Positions 46,564 to 56,487 of a stretch of 64,000 nucleotides of DNA are shown in pieces; the stretch's first letter is position 1, and the number at the start of each line of letters is the position of its first letter. Position numbers and translations under genes: made by a program. This DNA is from Candidatus Lustribacter sp. GTDB lineage: Bacteria; Vulcanimicrobiota; Vulcanimicrobiia; Vulcanimicrobiales; Vulcanimicrobiaceae. The notes below the pieces were generated by a model. That model saw nothing but the letters and a program-made list of their open reading frames with translations. It did not search any database and was not told the DNA's origin. The DNA lies in the NCBI GenBank assembly GCA_965277805.1, contig OZ255842.1, forward strand, positions 3,168,001 through 3,232,000, given 5' to 3'.

Positions 46564-48129
46564 TTACTTACAGACGAAGTTCTCGGCGCGGTTGGTGTCG
46601 CCGGTGCCGGTGTAGCGCGCTTGCGCCGGATACACGCACAGCGGACGCGTGAGCGGCGAGCCGGTTTTCGTCGCGATGATGCGCACGGGCGGTTTGCCGC
46701 CGGCGACCCAGTCGTCGAGCGCCGCGAGCATGTCGAACCGGTCTGGTCCCGGTCCGCCGCCGCAATGGTACACGCCGGGCGCAAGAAACACACGCACGTC
46801 GGCGGCAAGCGCGGCTTCGCTCACCCCCATCTTTTTCGCCGATGCGGTCAGCGCGGCGTGGTAGTACTCGAGCGTGGCTTGCGGGCTCGGCGCGGGATCG
46901 TAAACGCCGTGCCACATGATCCACTTGCCTCCGCGTTTGAAAAACTCGGAGACGTCAGGGTTGTTCGCCGTCACGAGCGGTGCGGTCTCGCTCTGACCGA
47001 TGTCGCCCAACGCCTGTTCGGGCGTGAGCGAATCCCAGTCCTGATTCGGGTTGGCGTAGATGACGTCCATGAAATACTGCGCGCCCAACGGGTAATTCAG
47101 GCCGTACGGGTTGGCGGGCGTGCCGCCGATCGAAAATTGCGTCCACGGAAGTTCGCCGCCGCGCGGCAGCGGAAACGCGGCAATGCGGCCGTCGGGCGTT
47201 CCGATCCCGTTGTAGCTGCGCCGCACCGCCATCACTTGGCGCGCCGTGAGACAGCCGGTGCCGGCGTCGCTGCCGCCTTTGCAGGCGATCGCCGCCGGAT
47301 CCCATTTGCAGTTGGACGGATCCTGGATGATGCCGTCGCGCACGCCGTCGTTGAGGTCGCACGCACGCAACACGTCGGCATTGATGGCCTGCACTTGGGC
47401 CGGTGTGATCTTGCTCGATGGGTCTTTCTGAAAGAACTGCAAGCGGAAGATCGCGCTCGTCTGCGCGCGCAGATCGTAGAGCGGCGCGCCCGAAATCACG
47501 CCGTCGTAGTCGTCCGGAAAACGCTGCACTTCGGTGAAGCCCTGCCGGCCGCCGGTGGAACAGCCCTCGAAGTACGATTTCGCCGGAACGCGGCTGTAGT
47601 AGCGCGCGACGATCGCTTTGCCGGCGACCGTCATCTCATGCACGGCGCGAAAACCGAAGTCGGTGAGCGTGACGCGATTGATCTTGCCCGGACCGTCGAG
47701 CATGAACGAGCCGTCGGTCGGGCTCGTGCCCGGATGGCCGGTGTCGGTCTCGATGACCGCATAGCCTTTCGTTAGGCCTTGCGCGGCGCCGGCGAGCGTG
47801 ACGTCGCCCGCGAAACCGCCGCCGCCGATCCCCAGCATCTTGCCGTTCCAGGTCTCGGGCAGCCGGTAAACGACGCCGATGTTCGATCCCGGCACCGGCC
47901 GGATCGTCGCGACGACTTCGCAGTAGGCCGGCATACCGGGCGCGGCATCGGCGGCGACCATGCGCGCCGACGTCACGGCCGTATTCGCAACGAGCCCGGC
48001 CGTCTCGAGCGCGCTGCAGGCCGGTTCGGCCGCCGCCGCGCGCTGGGTGGCGGCGCGCGGCGCAAACGCGCAAAAGCACACGAGGAGCGCGATCGCTGCC
48101 GGCCGCAGCAGCGATCCGAGCCGGGTCAC
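46564..48129 (-). CDS. Tannase/feruloyl esterase family hydrolase (exported)
   Basis: WNGKMLGIGGGG, TDTGH, GCSTGG, HGVYD, PGVYHC, RPLCVYP; GTG overlaps the ligI stop. Confidence 0.88.
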   Translation of the reverse strand: MTRLGSLLRPAAIALLVCFCAFAPRAATQRAAAAEPACSALETAGLVANTAVTSARMVAADAAPGMPAYCEVVATIRPVPGSNIGVVYRLPETWNGKMLGIGGGGFAGDVTLAGAAQGLTKGYAVIETDTGHPGTSPTDGSFMLDGPGKINRVTLTDFGFRAVHEMTVAGKAIVARYYSRVPAKSYFEGCSTGGRQGFTEVQRFPDDYDGVISGAPLYDLRAQTSAIFRLQFFQKDPSSKITPAQVQAINADVLRACDLNDGVRDGIIQDPSNCKWDPAAIACKGGSDAGTGCLTARQVMAVRRSYNGIGTPDGRIAAFPLPRGGELPWTQFSIGGTPANPYGLNYPLGAQYFMDVIYANPNQDWDSLTPEQALGDIGQSETAPLVTANNPDVSEFFKRGGKWIMWHGVYDPAPSPQATLEYYHAALTASAKKMGVSEAALAADVRVFLAPGVYHCGGGPGPDRFDMLAALDDWVAGGKPPVRIIATKTGSPLTRPLCVYPAQARYTGTGDTNRAENFVCK

Positions 48130-49001
48130 TTCGGCCAGTAGAGCCGCATCGGGTTGTCGACGAGCATCTTTTGCTGCAGTTCCTTCGTGGTTGCGACGCG
48201 CGGGATGAAGTCGACCAGTTTGCCGTCGTCGGGCATGTGCGTTTCCATGTTGGGATGCGGCCAGTCGGTGCCCCACAGCACGCGGTCGGGATAGCGTTCG
48301 ACCAGCGCGCGGCCGTACGGCACGACATCGTCGTACGGCGGTCCGGTTTCGCTGATGCGTTCGGGTCCCGTGACCTTCACCCAGATGTTGGTGTGCTCGT
48401 CGAGCATGCGCAGAAAGCGCTTCCATTGCGGATGGTCGAGTCCGAGTTTCACGTCGGGGCGGCCCATGTGATCGACCACGACCGTCGTCGGGATCGCCTC
48501 GATGAACGGCGCCAGGTCTTCCAGGTCTTGCGATTCGAAGTACACCACGACGTGCCAGCCGAGCTGTTTGCACATCTCGATCACGCGCTGATAGCGCTCG
48601 GGCGGCGTCGGGTCGACGAGCCGTTTGAGAAACGCGAACCGCACGCCGCGAATGCCGCCCGCATCCATCGCTTTGAGTTCATCGAGCGTGATGTCGAGCT
48701 CGACGACGGCGATGCCGCGCGCTCTTTCGCCGGCCGCCTTGATGCCGTCGAGCGTCGCGGTGTTGTCGGTGCCGTGACAACTCGCTTGCACGATCACGTT
48801 GCGCGAGAGCCCGAGGAAGTCGCGCAGGCGGAAGAGATCTTCTTTGGAGGCATCACCCGGCGTGTACTTGCGCTTGGGGTGATACGGGAACACGTCGCCG
48901 GGCCCGAAGATGTGGCAGTGCGCGTCGACCGATCCCGGCGGCACGACGAACGTGGGCTTCGAGGGGTTGGGGTGAAATTTGTTGAGGTCCAAGGTATCCA
49001 T
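48126..49001 (-). CDS. ligI: 2-pyrone-4,6-dicarboxylate hydrolase
   Basis: VDAHCHIFGP, VQASCHGTDN, GWHVVVYFE, DHMGRPDV, WGTDWPHPNM..PDDG.LVD. Confidence 0.85.
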   Translation of the reverse strand: MDTLDLNKFHPNPSKPTFVVPPGSVDAHCHIFGPGDVFPYHPKRKYTPGDASKEDLFRLRDFLGLSRNVIVQASCHGTDNTATLDGIKAAGERARGIAVVELDITLDELKAMDAGGIRGVRFAFLKRLVDPTPPERYQRVIEMCKQLGWHVVVYFESQDLEDLAPFIEAIPTTVVVDHMGRPDVKLGLDHPQWKRFLRMLDEHTNIWVKVTGPERISETGPPYDDVVPYGRALVERYPDRVLWGTDWPHPNMETHMPDDGKLVDFIPRVATTKELQQKMLVDNPMRLYWPK

Positions 49002-49017
49002 GTTCGCGCGTCCTTTT

Positions 49018-50043
49018 TTACTTCGCTTGTTTGGCGAGCTGCGCTTGGAGGCGCGGGTACACGTTGTAGGCGTTCGTTTCGAACAGTTGTTTCTGCGTGT
49101 TCGCGTCCAGCTTTAGCGCATCGATGTACTTCTTCGTGTCGTCGAAGTAGTGTTTGGTTTCCGGATCGATCCCGCGCACCGCGCCGACCATCTCCGAACC
49201 GAACAAAATGTTCTTGAGCGGGATCACGTCGAGCAGCAGCTCGATGCCGGGCAGATGGTAGACGCAGGTGTCGAAGTAGATGTTGTTCATCAGCAGATCG
49301 TCGAGCTCGCCGAGCTTCATGTCGAGCGCGATCCCGCGATAGCGTCCCCAGTGGTAGGGCACGGCACCGCCGCCGTGCGGAATGATCAATTTCAGTTCCG
49401 GGAAGTCTTTGAAGACTTGCGCGGATTGGATGAACTGCATGAACGCGGTCGTGTCGGCCGCGATGTAGTAGGCGCCGGTCGCGTGGAAGACGGGGTTGCA
49501 CGAACCGCTCACGTGCACCATCGCGGGCACCTTCAGCTCGACCATCTTCTCATAGAACGGATACCAGGACTTGTCGTAGAGCGGCGGGGCGTCGAAGTGG
49601 CCGCCTGACGGATCCGGATTGAGGTTCGCGCCCACGAAGCCGAGCTCGTTCACGCAGCGCTCGAGTTCGGCGATCGCCGGCTTGAGATCGGCGCCGTGCG
49701 TTTGCGGCACGTGGCACACGCCGATGAAGTTCTTCGGGTACAGCCCGCACACGCGGTGGATCAGGTCGTTGGACGCGCGCGCCCAGGCGATGTTGTCTTC
49801 GACCGATCCGACGTGCGGCGCCATGGTCGAAGCGCGCGGCGAAAAGATCGTCACGTCGATGCCGCGCTCGCGCAGCAGTTTCAGTTGGGCGTTTTCGAGC
49901 GTCTCGCGTAGCTGGTCGTCGCTGAAATGGGGCAGAATGGCCTCCGGCTGCGTCGAGTCTTTCGTGTGCGCTAGTTGCGCTTGACGGAAGGTCTGCATGC
50001 CTTCGGGGACCGTCGTGTAGTGGCCGTGACAATCAATGATCAT
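49018..50043 (-). CDS. ligJ: 4-oxalomesaconate hydratase
   Basis: MIIDCHGHYTT, FSPRAS.MA, NPDPSGG, IPHGGGAVPYHWGRYRG, FDTCVYH, SEMVGAVRGIDP, FDDTK. Confidence 0.88.
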   Translation of the reverse strand: MIIDCHGHYTTVPEGMQTFRQAQLAHTKDSTQPEAILPHFSDDQLRETLENAQLKLLRERGIDVTIFSPRASTMAPHVGSVEDNIAWARASNDLIHRVCGLYPKNFIGVCHVPQTHGADLKPAIAELERCVNELGFVGANLNPDPSGGHFDAPPLYDKSWYPFYEKMVELKVPAMVHVSGSCNPVFHATGAYYIAADTTAFMQFIQSAQVFKDFPELKLIIPHGGGAVPYHWGRYRGIALDMKLGELDDLLMNNIYFDTCVYHLPGIELLLDVIPLKNILFGSEMVGAVRGIDPETKHYFDDTKKYIDALKLDANTQKQLFETNAYNVYPRLQAQLAKQAK

Positions 50044-50126
50044 TAAGCCGGGCTTTACCAAAAGCGTGATCCCACTCCCGCCCCCGCAGCGAGGCGTTCG
50101 GCCGGTCGGGTGGAAAACGGGAGAGC

Positions 50127-50492
50127 ATGCCCCGTCTCGCGCACCGTCAGCTGGCTTTACCGCTCCTCGCCGCACTCGCGGCATGCAGCGCCAATGGCGT
50201 GGACTCGACCCCGATTGCGCCGATGGGCCCGGCAGCCTCGCCGGCCAGCTTGACCTTCACCGCCGCCGGCCAAACCCAGGCGATCGCGGTCACCGATCCC
50301 GGCCTCTTGCGTGAGGTCTACACCGTGAGCGGCTGCGAGGGCATCGTCATCGCCGGCGCCGTCACGAACGGCTCGCTCACCGTCACCTCGCTCGCCGCCG
50401 GTTCGTGCACGCTCACCGTGAGCGATCCGGTCTCGCGCAGCACGACGGTTTCGGTCGGCGTGATGCCGCCGGTGCACGGTCCCTCGATTTAG
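50127..50492 (+). CDS. Hypothetical lipoprotein (Ig-like)
   Basis: Lipobox LAAC after a hydrophobic stretch; Thr/Val-rich beta strands. Confidence 0.65.
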   Translation: MPRLAHRQLALPLLAALAACSANGVDSTPIAPMGPAASPASLTFTAAGQTQAIAVTDPGLLREVYTVSGCEGIVIAGAVTNGSLTVTSLAAGSCTLTVSDPVSRSTTVSVGVMPPVHGPSI

Positions 50493-51475
50493 ACCGCGAA
50501 CCCCGTTCGCCGCAGCATAGCGAAGTCGTCGTCATCGTCGCGTCCGGCGGTGGTGAGGTAGGCGCCCAGCACGATCCCCGACGCACCGCTCTGCATGCCG
50601 AGGTCCTGCAGCCCTTGCAGCGTGATCTCGCGTCCGCCGGCTAGGCGCACGAGCGCGTAGGGCAGCGCGAGCCGCGCCATCGCGACGAAGCGCAGTGCTT
50701 CGACGGGATCGACGATCGAGCGGTCGGAGAGCGGCGTTCCCGGCCGCGGGTTGAGGAAGTTGATCGGCACTTCGACCGGTCCGAGTTCTTGCAGCGCGCA
50801 CAGGAAATCGAGCCGGTCGTCCGCCGTCTCGCCCATCCCGATGATGCCGCCGCTGCACAGTTCGAACCCGTGGCGCTTCGCGCGCAGACACGTTTCCCAG
50901 CGCTCGTCGTAGGAGTGCGTGCTGCAAATCGCGGGGAAGTGGCGGCGCGAGGTCTCGAGGTTGTGGTTGATTTTGTGCACGCCCGCTTCGGCCAGCTGCG
51001 CGCAGTGCGCGTCGGTAAGGATGCCGAGCGAAACCGCCACGTGCATCCCGGGCAGGCCGGCGCGAATCGCGCGCGTCGCGTCGCAGACCCGCTCGAGGAG
51101 CGCGTTCGACGGACCGCGCACCGCGACGACGATGCAGAACTCGCCGGCGCCGCGCGCGTGCGCTTCGCGCGCCGCTTCGAGAAACTCGTGCGTTTCGCGC
51201 AGCGGTTCCGCCAAGACGTCGGTGGCGTAGCGCGCGCTCTGCGAACAGAAGTGGCAATCCTCGGAACAGCCGCCCTTCTTCGCGTTGAACAGCACCTCGA
51301 CCGCGGCCGCATCGCCCGACGCGCGGCGGCGCACGTCATCGGCGAGCGTCAACAGACCGCCGACGTCCTCGCGCGGCAGCGCCGCAAGTCCGGCCAGCAC
51401 GTCGCGGCCGAGCACGCCGTTCTCGTCGAGGGCGATGCGGCGCGCAGTGGGGAGGGCGTCAAGCACGGGTTCCAA
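50489..51475 (-). CDS. bioB: Biotin synthase
   Basis: Radical-SAM CSEDCHFCSQS, NHNLET, CSGGIIGMGE, VPINFL, RLAGGRE; start uncertain (TTG 51475 or GTG 51466). Confidence 0.93.
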   Translation of the reverse strand: MEPVLDALPTARRIALDENGVLGRDVLAGLAALPREDVGGLLTLADDVRRRASGDAAAVEVLFNAKKGGCSEDCHFCSQSARYATDVLAEPLRETHEFLEAAREAHARGAGEFCIVVAVRGPSNALLERVCDATRAIRAGLPGMHVAVSLGILTDAHCAQLAEAGVHKINHNLETSRRHFPAICSTHSYDERWETCLRAKRHGFELCSGGIIGMGETADDRLDFLCALQELGPVEVPINFLNPRPGTPLSDRSIVDPVEALRFVAMARLALPYALVRLAGGREITLQGLQDLGMQSGASGIVLGAYLTTAGRDDDDDFAMLRRTGFAV

Positions 51476-52109
51476 CCTTGTCCAAGAGTGTGGCGGCGCG
51501 GGCGACGCTGCGCGCCGCGTCGGGATCGTATTCGATGAGGGCCAGCACCGGCGCGCGCGATTCGATCGCGCCCGCGATGCGCGCGCGTTCGCTTCCATCG
51601 CACGGCCCCCAACGCTCCACCAGTACGACGCCGTGCACGGGAACCCCATGCGCTTCGAGGTAGGCCAGCGTGAGAAAGGTGTGGCTGATGCAGCCCAAGC
51701 GCATGCCGGTGACGACGACCGCCTCGCACGAGGTCTGCGCGATGACCGTCGTGATCGTTTGAGCCGGATTGATCGGAACGGCCGCACCGCCGGCGCCCTC
51801 CACGATCACCGTGCCCGCCACCGCCTCGATCCGCTTTGCCAAGCGGTTTGCATCGAGCAGCGGCGCGTTCTCCGCCTCCGCCGCCGACCACGGATCGGCC
51901 GGCAAACGAAAGCGCGCGAACTCGAGCGCCGTACAGCCGGCCAATGCGCCGGCCTCGGCCGCATCACCCGGGACGCCCGGCTCGAGCCCCGTTTGCACCG
52001 CTTTCACGATCGTCGGCGTTTCGCCGCGCGCAACGCACATCGCCGCGAACGCAGCCGTAACGCGCGTCTTGCCGACGTCGGTGTCGGTACCCGTCACGAA
52101 CAGCCGCAT
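51459..52109 (-). CDS. bioD: Dethiobiotin synthase
   Basis: FVTGTDTDVGKT, KAVQTG, VEGAGG, LGCISH. Confidence 0.92.
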   Translation of the reverse strand: MRLFVTGTDTDVGKTRVTAAFAAMCVARGETPTIVKAVQTGLEPGVPGDAAEAGALAGCTALEFARFRLPADPWSAAEAENAPLLDANRLAKRIEAVAGTVIVEGAGGAAVPINPAQTITTVIAQTSCEAVVVTGMRLGCISHTFLTLAYLEAHGVPVHGVVLVERWGPCDGSERARIAGAIESRAPVLALIEYDPDAARSVARAATLLDKVGTRA

Positions 52110-53230
52110 CAGTCCGTCGCAACCAAATCCGCCGCGCGCAGCTCGCGCAGCGCCTGCACGAGCGCGCCGATCTCCGCATCGGTGTGATTCGCGCGTACCG
52201 ACAAACGCAGCCGGCACGCCCCGGCCGGCACCGTCGGCGGCCGCACGGCGGGCGCATATACGCCGCGTTCTTCGAGTGCGCGGGCTACTCCCAATGCTGC
52301 GCTCTCGCTGCCGAGCACGACCGGGACGATCGGCCCGGCGTCGCCGGGCACGTCGTAGCCGAGCTCGCGCAGTTCGCCGCGCACGCGCGCTGCCGACGCG
52401 TCGAGCCGCGCGCGCAACGCATCGCCTTCGGCATCGCGCACGATGCGGAGAGAACGTTGCGCGGCCGCGGCGATCGCCGGCGGCATCGCCGTGTCGAAGA
52501 TGAACGAGCGCGCCGTGCTGACGAGCAGTTCGATGACCTCCGCCGGACCGGCAACGAACCCGCCGGCGGCGCCCAAGGCTTTGGACAGGGTGCCGATCAG
52601 CACGATGCGTTCGTCGCGGAACGCGGAGGCGTGGCCCGCTCCGTGCGGACCGGCCACGCCGAGCGCGTGCGCTTCGTCAATCACGAGCACGTCGTCTTCG
52701 CGCAAGTCCGCGACGTGCGTAGCGATCGGCGCCCGCGATCCGTCCATGCCGAACGCGGACTCCGTCACGATCAGCGCGCCGCCGGCCCCGGCCGAACGAT
52801 CCGGCAGCGCCGCGTGCGGAACGATGTGCCGCTCGAGCTTGGTCAAGCGCAGGCCGTCGATGATGCACGCGTGCACGAGCGCATCCGAATACGCCGCGGT
52901 GACGCACGGCGCGAGCGCCGTGATCGCGCCGATCGCCGCGAGATAGCCCGAGGAGAAAAGCAGCGCGCGCTCGCGGCCCGTCCATTCGGCCAGCGCGGCT
53001 TCGAGCTGCGCGTATTCGCCCGCGGCGCCGCCGAGCAACCGCGAACCGCCGCTGCCCACCCGCGTCGCGCCGCGCAGCGCAGCCAGCACGCGTTCGTCGC
53101 GCGCGAGCCCGAGGTAATCGTTGGATGAGAAGTCGATCGCGCCGTCCGGTATGCGCGTGCGCGCAGCGCGGCGGCGCTGTTTGGCCGTCAGCACCGCGAG
53201 TTCGGTGCGCACGCGATCGAGATAGCTCAT
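52109..53230 (-). CDS. bioF: 8-amino-7-oxononanoate synthase
   Basis: DFSSNDYLGL, GSGGSRL, FSSGYLA, DEAH, GTLSKALG, RPPTVP. Confidence 0.92.
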   Translation of the reverse strand: MSYLDRVRTELAVLTAKQRRRAARTRIPDGAIDFSSNDYLGLARDERVLAALRGATRVGSGGSRLLGGAAGEYAQLEAALAEWTGRERALLFSSGYLAAIGAITALAPCVTAAYSDALVHACIIDGLRLTKLERHIVPHAALPDRSAGAGGALIVTESAFGMDGSRAPIATHVADLREDDVLVIDEAHALGVAGPHGAGHASAFRDERIVLIGTLSKALGAAGGFVAGPAEVIELLVSTARSFIFDTAMPPAIAAAAQRSLRIVRDAEGDALRARLDASAARVRGELRELGYDVPGDAGPIVPVVLGSESAALGVARALEERGVYAPAVRPPTVPAGACRLRLSVRANHTDAEIGALVQALRELRAADLVATD

Positions 53231-54408
53231 CCGATCGCGTCCAGCGCGCCGGTAAAGGCGGCGACGAACGACGCGATTTCACCCCGCGTCGACGATAACG
53301 GCGGCACGAGCTGTACCGTCTGCCCGATCGGCCGCGTGAAGTGGCCGCGCTCGTATAACGCGCCGGCAATGCGCCCGGCCGGCATGGTGACGTCGATGCC
53401 CGCCATCAGGCCCGCGCGCCGCACGCCGGTCACGCTCGGATGCGCGGCGAGCGGCGCCAGCAATTCGTCCAGCGCGGCATCGAGCTCGGCCACGTGCGCG
53501 AGCGTGCCTTCCGCCGCAAAGAGATCGAGCGAGGCGAGCGCGGCCGCGCACGCGATCGGATTGCCGGCATACGAGTGGCCGTGGAAGAACTGGCGATTCG
53601 CTTCGGGTGCGCCGAGAAACGCGTCGTAGACGCGCTGCGTCGCCAGCACGGCCGAGAGCGCGAGCGTTCCGCCCGAGATGCCCTTACCCAAGCACACGAG
53701 GTCGGGGGCGAGGCCGAGCGATTCGTACGCGAACATCGTGCCGGTCCGGCCGAACCCCGTCGCGATCTCATCGGCGATCAGCAGCGGACGGTGCGGCGCG
53801 CGCATGCCCGCGTACCGTTCCGTCGCGACGATGCGCATCCCGGCCGCCGCTTGCACGCGCGGCTCGAAGACGATCGCCGCCACGTCATCGCGCGCGAGCG
53901 CATCGGGCACGTCGTCGTAACACACCGACTCGATCAGGATCGGCGCAAAGCGCGCGCGGAATGCTGCTATGCCGGATACGGACATCGCCCCGGCCGTATC
54001 TCCGTGATACGAATCGCGCAAGTGCACGAACCTCACGCGTTGGGACTCGCCGCATTCTTGCCAGTACTGGATCGCCATCTTCAGCGCCGCTTCGATCGCG
54101 CTCGCGCCGTCGCTCGCGAAAAACGCGGCGTCGAGTGCGGTCAGCGCGCACAGGCGTTCGGCGAGTTCGTCGGCCCACGGGTTCGTCGCGCCGAGCGTGG
54201 TGGCATGATCGAGCACCGCGGCCTGCCGCGCGATCGCCTCGACGATGTGCGGGTGGCTATGGCCGTGAATCGTGGTCCATACGGAAGAGATCGCATCGAA
54301 CACCTCCGCTCCGGCGGCATCCGTGAGCATCGTGCCGCGGCCGCGCACGAACGTGCGCGCGCGCGCGTCGAAGCCGCTCATCTGCGTGAACGGCAACCAG
54401 TGCCGCAC
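53227..54408 (-). CDS. bioA: 7,8-diaminopelargonate aminotransferase
   Basis: WLPFTQM, SSVW..HGH, YHGDT, DEIATGFGRTG, LGKGISGG, FHGHSYAGNP. Confidence 0.92.
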   Translation of the reverse strand: MRHWLPFTQMSGFDARARTFVRGRGTMLTDAAGAEVFDAISSVWTTIHGHSHPHIVEAIARQAAVLDHATTLGATNPWADELAERLCALTALDAAFFASDGASAIEAALKMAIQYWQECGESQRVRFVHLRDSYHGDTAGAMSVSGIAAFRARFAPILIESVCYDDVPDALARDDVAAIVFEPRVQAAAGMRIVATERYAGMRAPHRPLLIADEIATGFGRTGTMFAYESLGLAPDLVCLGKGISGGTLALSAVLATQRVYDAFLGAPEANRQFFHGHSYAGNPIACAAALASLDLFAAEGTLAHVAELDAALDELLAPLAAHPSVTGVRRAGLMAGIDVTMPAGRIAGALYERGHFTRPIGQTVQLVPPLSSTRGEIASFVAAFTGALDAIG

Positions 54409-54962
54409 TACGGTATGCGGCGGATGCTGATGATCTTGACCGGCGCAACCAGCTGATCTCCCGCGACGGGCAGTCGCGCGATTTTGCGAACGAGGTCCAT
54501 GTTCTTCGTAACGTGGCCGAAGGCAGCATAGCCGGGCTCGCCCGGCGCGCCGTCGAGCCGCGCTTGATCGCCGTCGTCGAGAAAGAATTCCGACGTTGCC
54601 GAGTTCGGGTCGGACGTGCGCGCCATCGCGATCGAGCCGTCGACGTTCTTCACGCCGGTCTTCAGCGGCGTTTCGAGCGGGATCATCTTGTCGTGATCCG
54701 TTTCGCGCGTTTTGTTGCCGCCTTGGATCACGAAGCCGGGAATGGCGCGGAAGAACGTGCCGCCGTCGTAAAACTTATGATCGACCAGGTCGAGGAAGTT
54801 TTTCGTCGTGACGGGCGCGTGCACCGGATCGAGCACGACGTCGATCGTGCCGGCGGACGTGACGATCGCGACCTGCGGCGCGGACGGTGCGGCGGCGGCC
54901 GCCAACGGCCCGGCGGTCATTACCCCCGCCAAGACAACAGCAATGGAACGGAATCGAAGCAT
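54408..54962 (-). CDS. Cyclophilin-type peptidyl-prolyl isomerase (exported)
   Basis: Signal peptide; APVTTKNF, FFRAIPGFVIQGG, IAMART..NSATSEFF, YAAFG. Confidence 0.9.
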   Translation of the reverse strand: MLRFRSIAVVLAGVMTAGPLAAAAAPSAPQVAIVTSAGTIDVVLDPVHAPVTTKNFLDLVDHKFYDGGTFFRAIPGFVIQGGNKTRETDHDKMIPLETPLKTGVKNVDGSIAMARTSDPNSATSEFFLDDGDQARLDGAPGEPGYAAFGHVTKNMDLVRKIARLPVAGDQLVAPVKIISIRRIP

Positions 54963-54980
54963 GCAAATCCCTACGGCGCG

Positions 54981-55010
54981 TTGACAGGGGCGTCCTTGAA
55001 TACATACAAT
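54981..55010 (+). promoter_or_regulatory. Sigma70-type promoter
   Basis: TTGACA (54981-54986) - 18 nt - TACAAT (55005-55010); ATG 9 nt downstream. Confidence 0.8.
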
Positions 55011-55023
55011 CTGGAACGAATGT
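55001..55023. promoter_or_regulatory. Candidate repressor operator, copy A
   Basis: TACATACAATCTGGAACGAATGT, 20/23 identical to 60195-60217; overlaps the -10 box and start codon. Confidence 0.7.
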
Positions 55024-55454
55024 TTCCGAGCGACGGCAACCCGGCGATCGAGGCAACGTGTACGAAGATGACGCTGCGCTTCTATCGCAGCCTCGACACG
55101 CGCGATCATGCCGCCGTGGCCGCGATGTTCGCACCGGACGGCACGTGGCATCGCCAAGGCGTACTGCTCAACGGCCCCGCCGACGTGCTGGCGGCGCTCG
55201 ATAAGCGCTCGCCGGACCGTTCGACCGCGCACATGCTGACCAACGTGTGGGCCGAAGCGCTCGATCCCGATCGCGCGCGCGTTCACTACTACTTGAGCTT
55301 GCGCGAAAAAATTGCGAAGCCCGGCGAGCCGGTGCTCATTCGCGCCGGCGGCGTGCTGTACGGCACCGACGACTTCGTGCGTCTCGCCGACGGCTGGCAC
55401 ATCCAAAGCAAGAGTTCGCAGCCGGTGATCCCGGCGGCGGATTCGGAAAAATAA
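55020..55454 (+). CDS. SnoaL/NTF2-like family protein
   Basis: FYRSLDTRD..AAMFAPDGTW...TAHMLTN...DDFVR..DGWHI. Confidence 0.8.
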   Translation: MFPSDGNPAIEATCTKMTLRFYRSLDTRDHAAVAAMFAPDGTWHRQGVLLNGPADVLAALDKRSPDRSTAHMLTNVWAEALDPDRARVHYYLSLREKIAKPGEPVLIRAGGVLYGTDDFVRLADGWHIQSKSSQPVIPAADSEK

Positions 55455-55467
55455 TGACGGAGAAATC

Positions 55468-56487
55468 ATGAGCGACGCCCCCATCATCTGGCTCACCAAC
55501 AGCGACGTATCGGAGCTGGTCTCGCTCGAGGACGCGATCGAGGCGCTCGAAGAGGGTCTCGCGCTCGAAGGCCGCGGCGAAGCACGGAACGTGGCCAAAG
55601 CGCTCGGCACCTGGGGCGACGGCAACTCGATGCACGCGCTCGGCTCGATGTTTCCGGATGCCGGTTACGTCGGCTTCAAGACGTGGGCCAACACCAAACA
55701 CGGCGCCGGTACGATCTTCGAGCTCTTCAATTCGGAAACGGGCGCGCTGATGGCCGTCATCGAGGCCGCCGTGCTGGGACAACTGCGCACCTCGGGCATC
55801 TCCGGCCTGGCAACGAAATGGATGGCGAAGCCCGACGCGAGCGAGATGGCCCTGATCGGCACCGGCAAGTCGGCGCTGCTGCAAGTCGCGGCGATCGCTG
55901 CGGTGCGGCCGCTCAAGCGCCTGCGCGTCTTCAGCCCGACCGAAGAACACCGCAAGGAATTCGTGAAGAATGCCTCTTCGCTGCTAGCCTTCGACGTCGT
56001 CGAAAGCGCGACGCTGCGCGAGGCAACGCAGGGCGCCGACATCATCACGATCATGACGCGCGCGCGCGAGCCGTTCTTCTCCGCCGCCGATATCGACCGG
56101 GGCGCGCACCTCAACGCCGTCGGTGCGATCTTGCCGAAGTTCGGTGAATTCCACCAAGACATTTTCGACCGCGCCTCGATGGTCGTGGTCGACCACATTC
56201 CCAACGCCAAGATCGCTTCGTTCGAATTCCGCCAACGTTACGACGACGGCGGCGGCTCGTGGGACGACGTCAAGGAACTGTGCGCCATCATCGCCGCGAA
56301 GACGACGCGGCCGGCGAATGCGGACATCACGCTCTTCAAGGCGCTGGGCATGGGCATCTCCGATCTGTCGGTCGCGAAGATGGTCTACGAGCGCGCGCGC
56401 GCCAAGGGCATCGGCATGGAAATTCCCAAGCCGAAGCGCGGCGTCCCGGCCCGCTGGCGCTCGGGCCGCAAACCCTCAGCCGTGTAG
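55468..56487 (+). CDS. Ornithine cyclodeaminase/mu-crystallin family (imine reductase-like) protein
   Basis: GFKTW, LGQLRTSG, IGTG..A, HLNAVGA, TLFKALGMGISD. Confidence 0.88.
   Translation: MSDAPIIWLTNSDVSELVSLEDAIEALEEGLALEGRGEARNVAKALGTWGDGNSMHALGSMFPDAGYVGFKTWANTKHGAGTIFELFNSETGALMAVIEAAVLGQLRTSGISGLATKWMAKPDASEMALIGTGKSALLQVAAIAAVRPLKRLRVFSPTEEHRKEFVKNASSLLAFDVVESATLREATQGADIITIMTRAREPFFSAADIDRGAHLNAVGAILPKFGEFHQDIFDRASMVVVDHIPNAKIASFEFRQRYDDGGGSWDDVKELCAIIAAKTTRPANADITLFKALGMGISDLSVAKMVYERARAKGIGMEIPKPKRGVPARWRSGRKPSAV

Noticed and set aside
46156-47775. 539-aa plus-strand ORF
   Set aside because: Antisense shadow of the tannase and the exported-protein gene
55468-56487. OCD-family gene as SbnB of a diaminopropionate/siderophore pathway with the cysteine-synthase-like gene
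   Set aside because: The two genes are 26 kb apart, there is no NRPS or NIS synthetase, and the local context is catabolic
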